A stretch of DNA of 48,994 bases, counting the filler, from Sphacelaria rigidula (Eukaryota), in the NCBI GenBank assembly GCA_964200075.2. It is 2 parts of 2 records of this genome, joined end to end, with 100 filler letters (N's around TTAATTAATTAA, not from the genome) between each part and the next. Parts side by side here need not be neighbours in the genome. Positions count along the whole stretch, not along the records: positions 24,549 to 48,994 come from CAXNAA020000204.1; 1 more part is not named here. One strand, given 5' to 3'. The translations under genes and the position numbers were made by a program. Shown here piece after piece: positions 48,878-48,994 of the stretch (within the stretch, counting starts at the first letter, position 1; each line of letters begins with the position of its first letter). The notes below the pieces were generated by a model. That model was given only the letters and a program-made list of their open reading frames with translations, had not been told where the DNA came from and did no database searches.

Positions 48878-48994
48878 CTACGACACACAACAGCGAACAG
48901 AGACATGACGCAAAAGCAGGGTAGAGAGAGAGAGAGAGGGGGGGGGGGGGGGAAACTCATTTGTTGCTTGCATTTGTTGTTCAACCATTAACCA

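Overview
Intron-rich eukaryotic genomic DNA. Gene architecture and repeat content suggest a brown alga or other stramenopile (inference only). The window holds three genes. (i) A minus-strand Hsp110/Hsp70-family (Sse1/HSPA4-like) gene: 15 exons reconstructed in frame over 24840-48877, with the 5' part beyond the window and the 3' end lost at an artificial contig linker. (ii) A complete four-exon minus-strand BART/ARL2-binding-domain gene of 185 aa. (iii) A probably pseudogenised plus-strand multi-PH-domain gene. There is also a decayed LINE and many MITEs, some nested. The standout is one 6-kb Hsp110 intron carrying five near-identical 135-nt box C/D snoRNA-like units in the host-sense orientation. 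They have C and D boxes, a terminal stem with a compensatory change, a structured interior with no target I can recognise, and flanking splice-site-like signals suggesting each may sit in its own nested mini-intron. Three of the 18 reconstructed splice donors are GC rather than GT.
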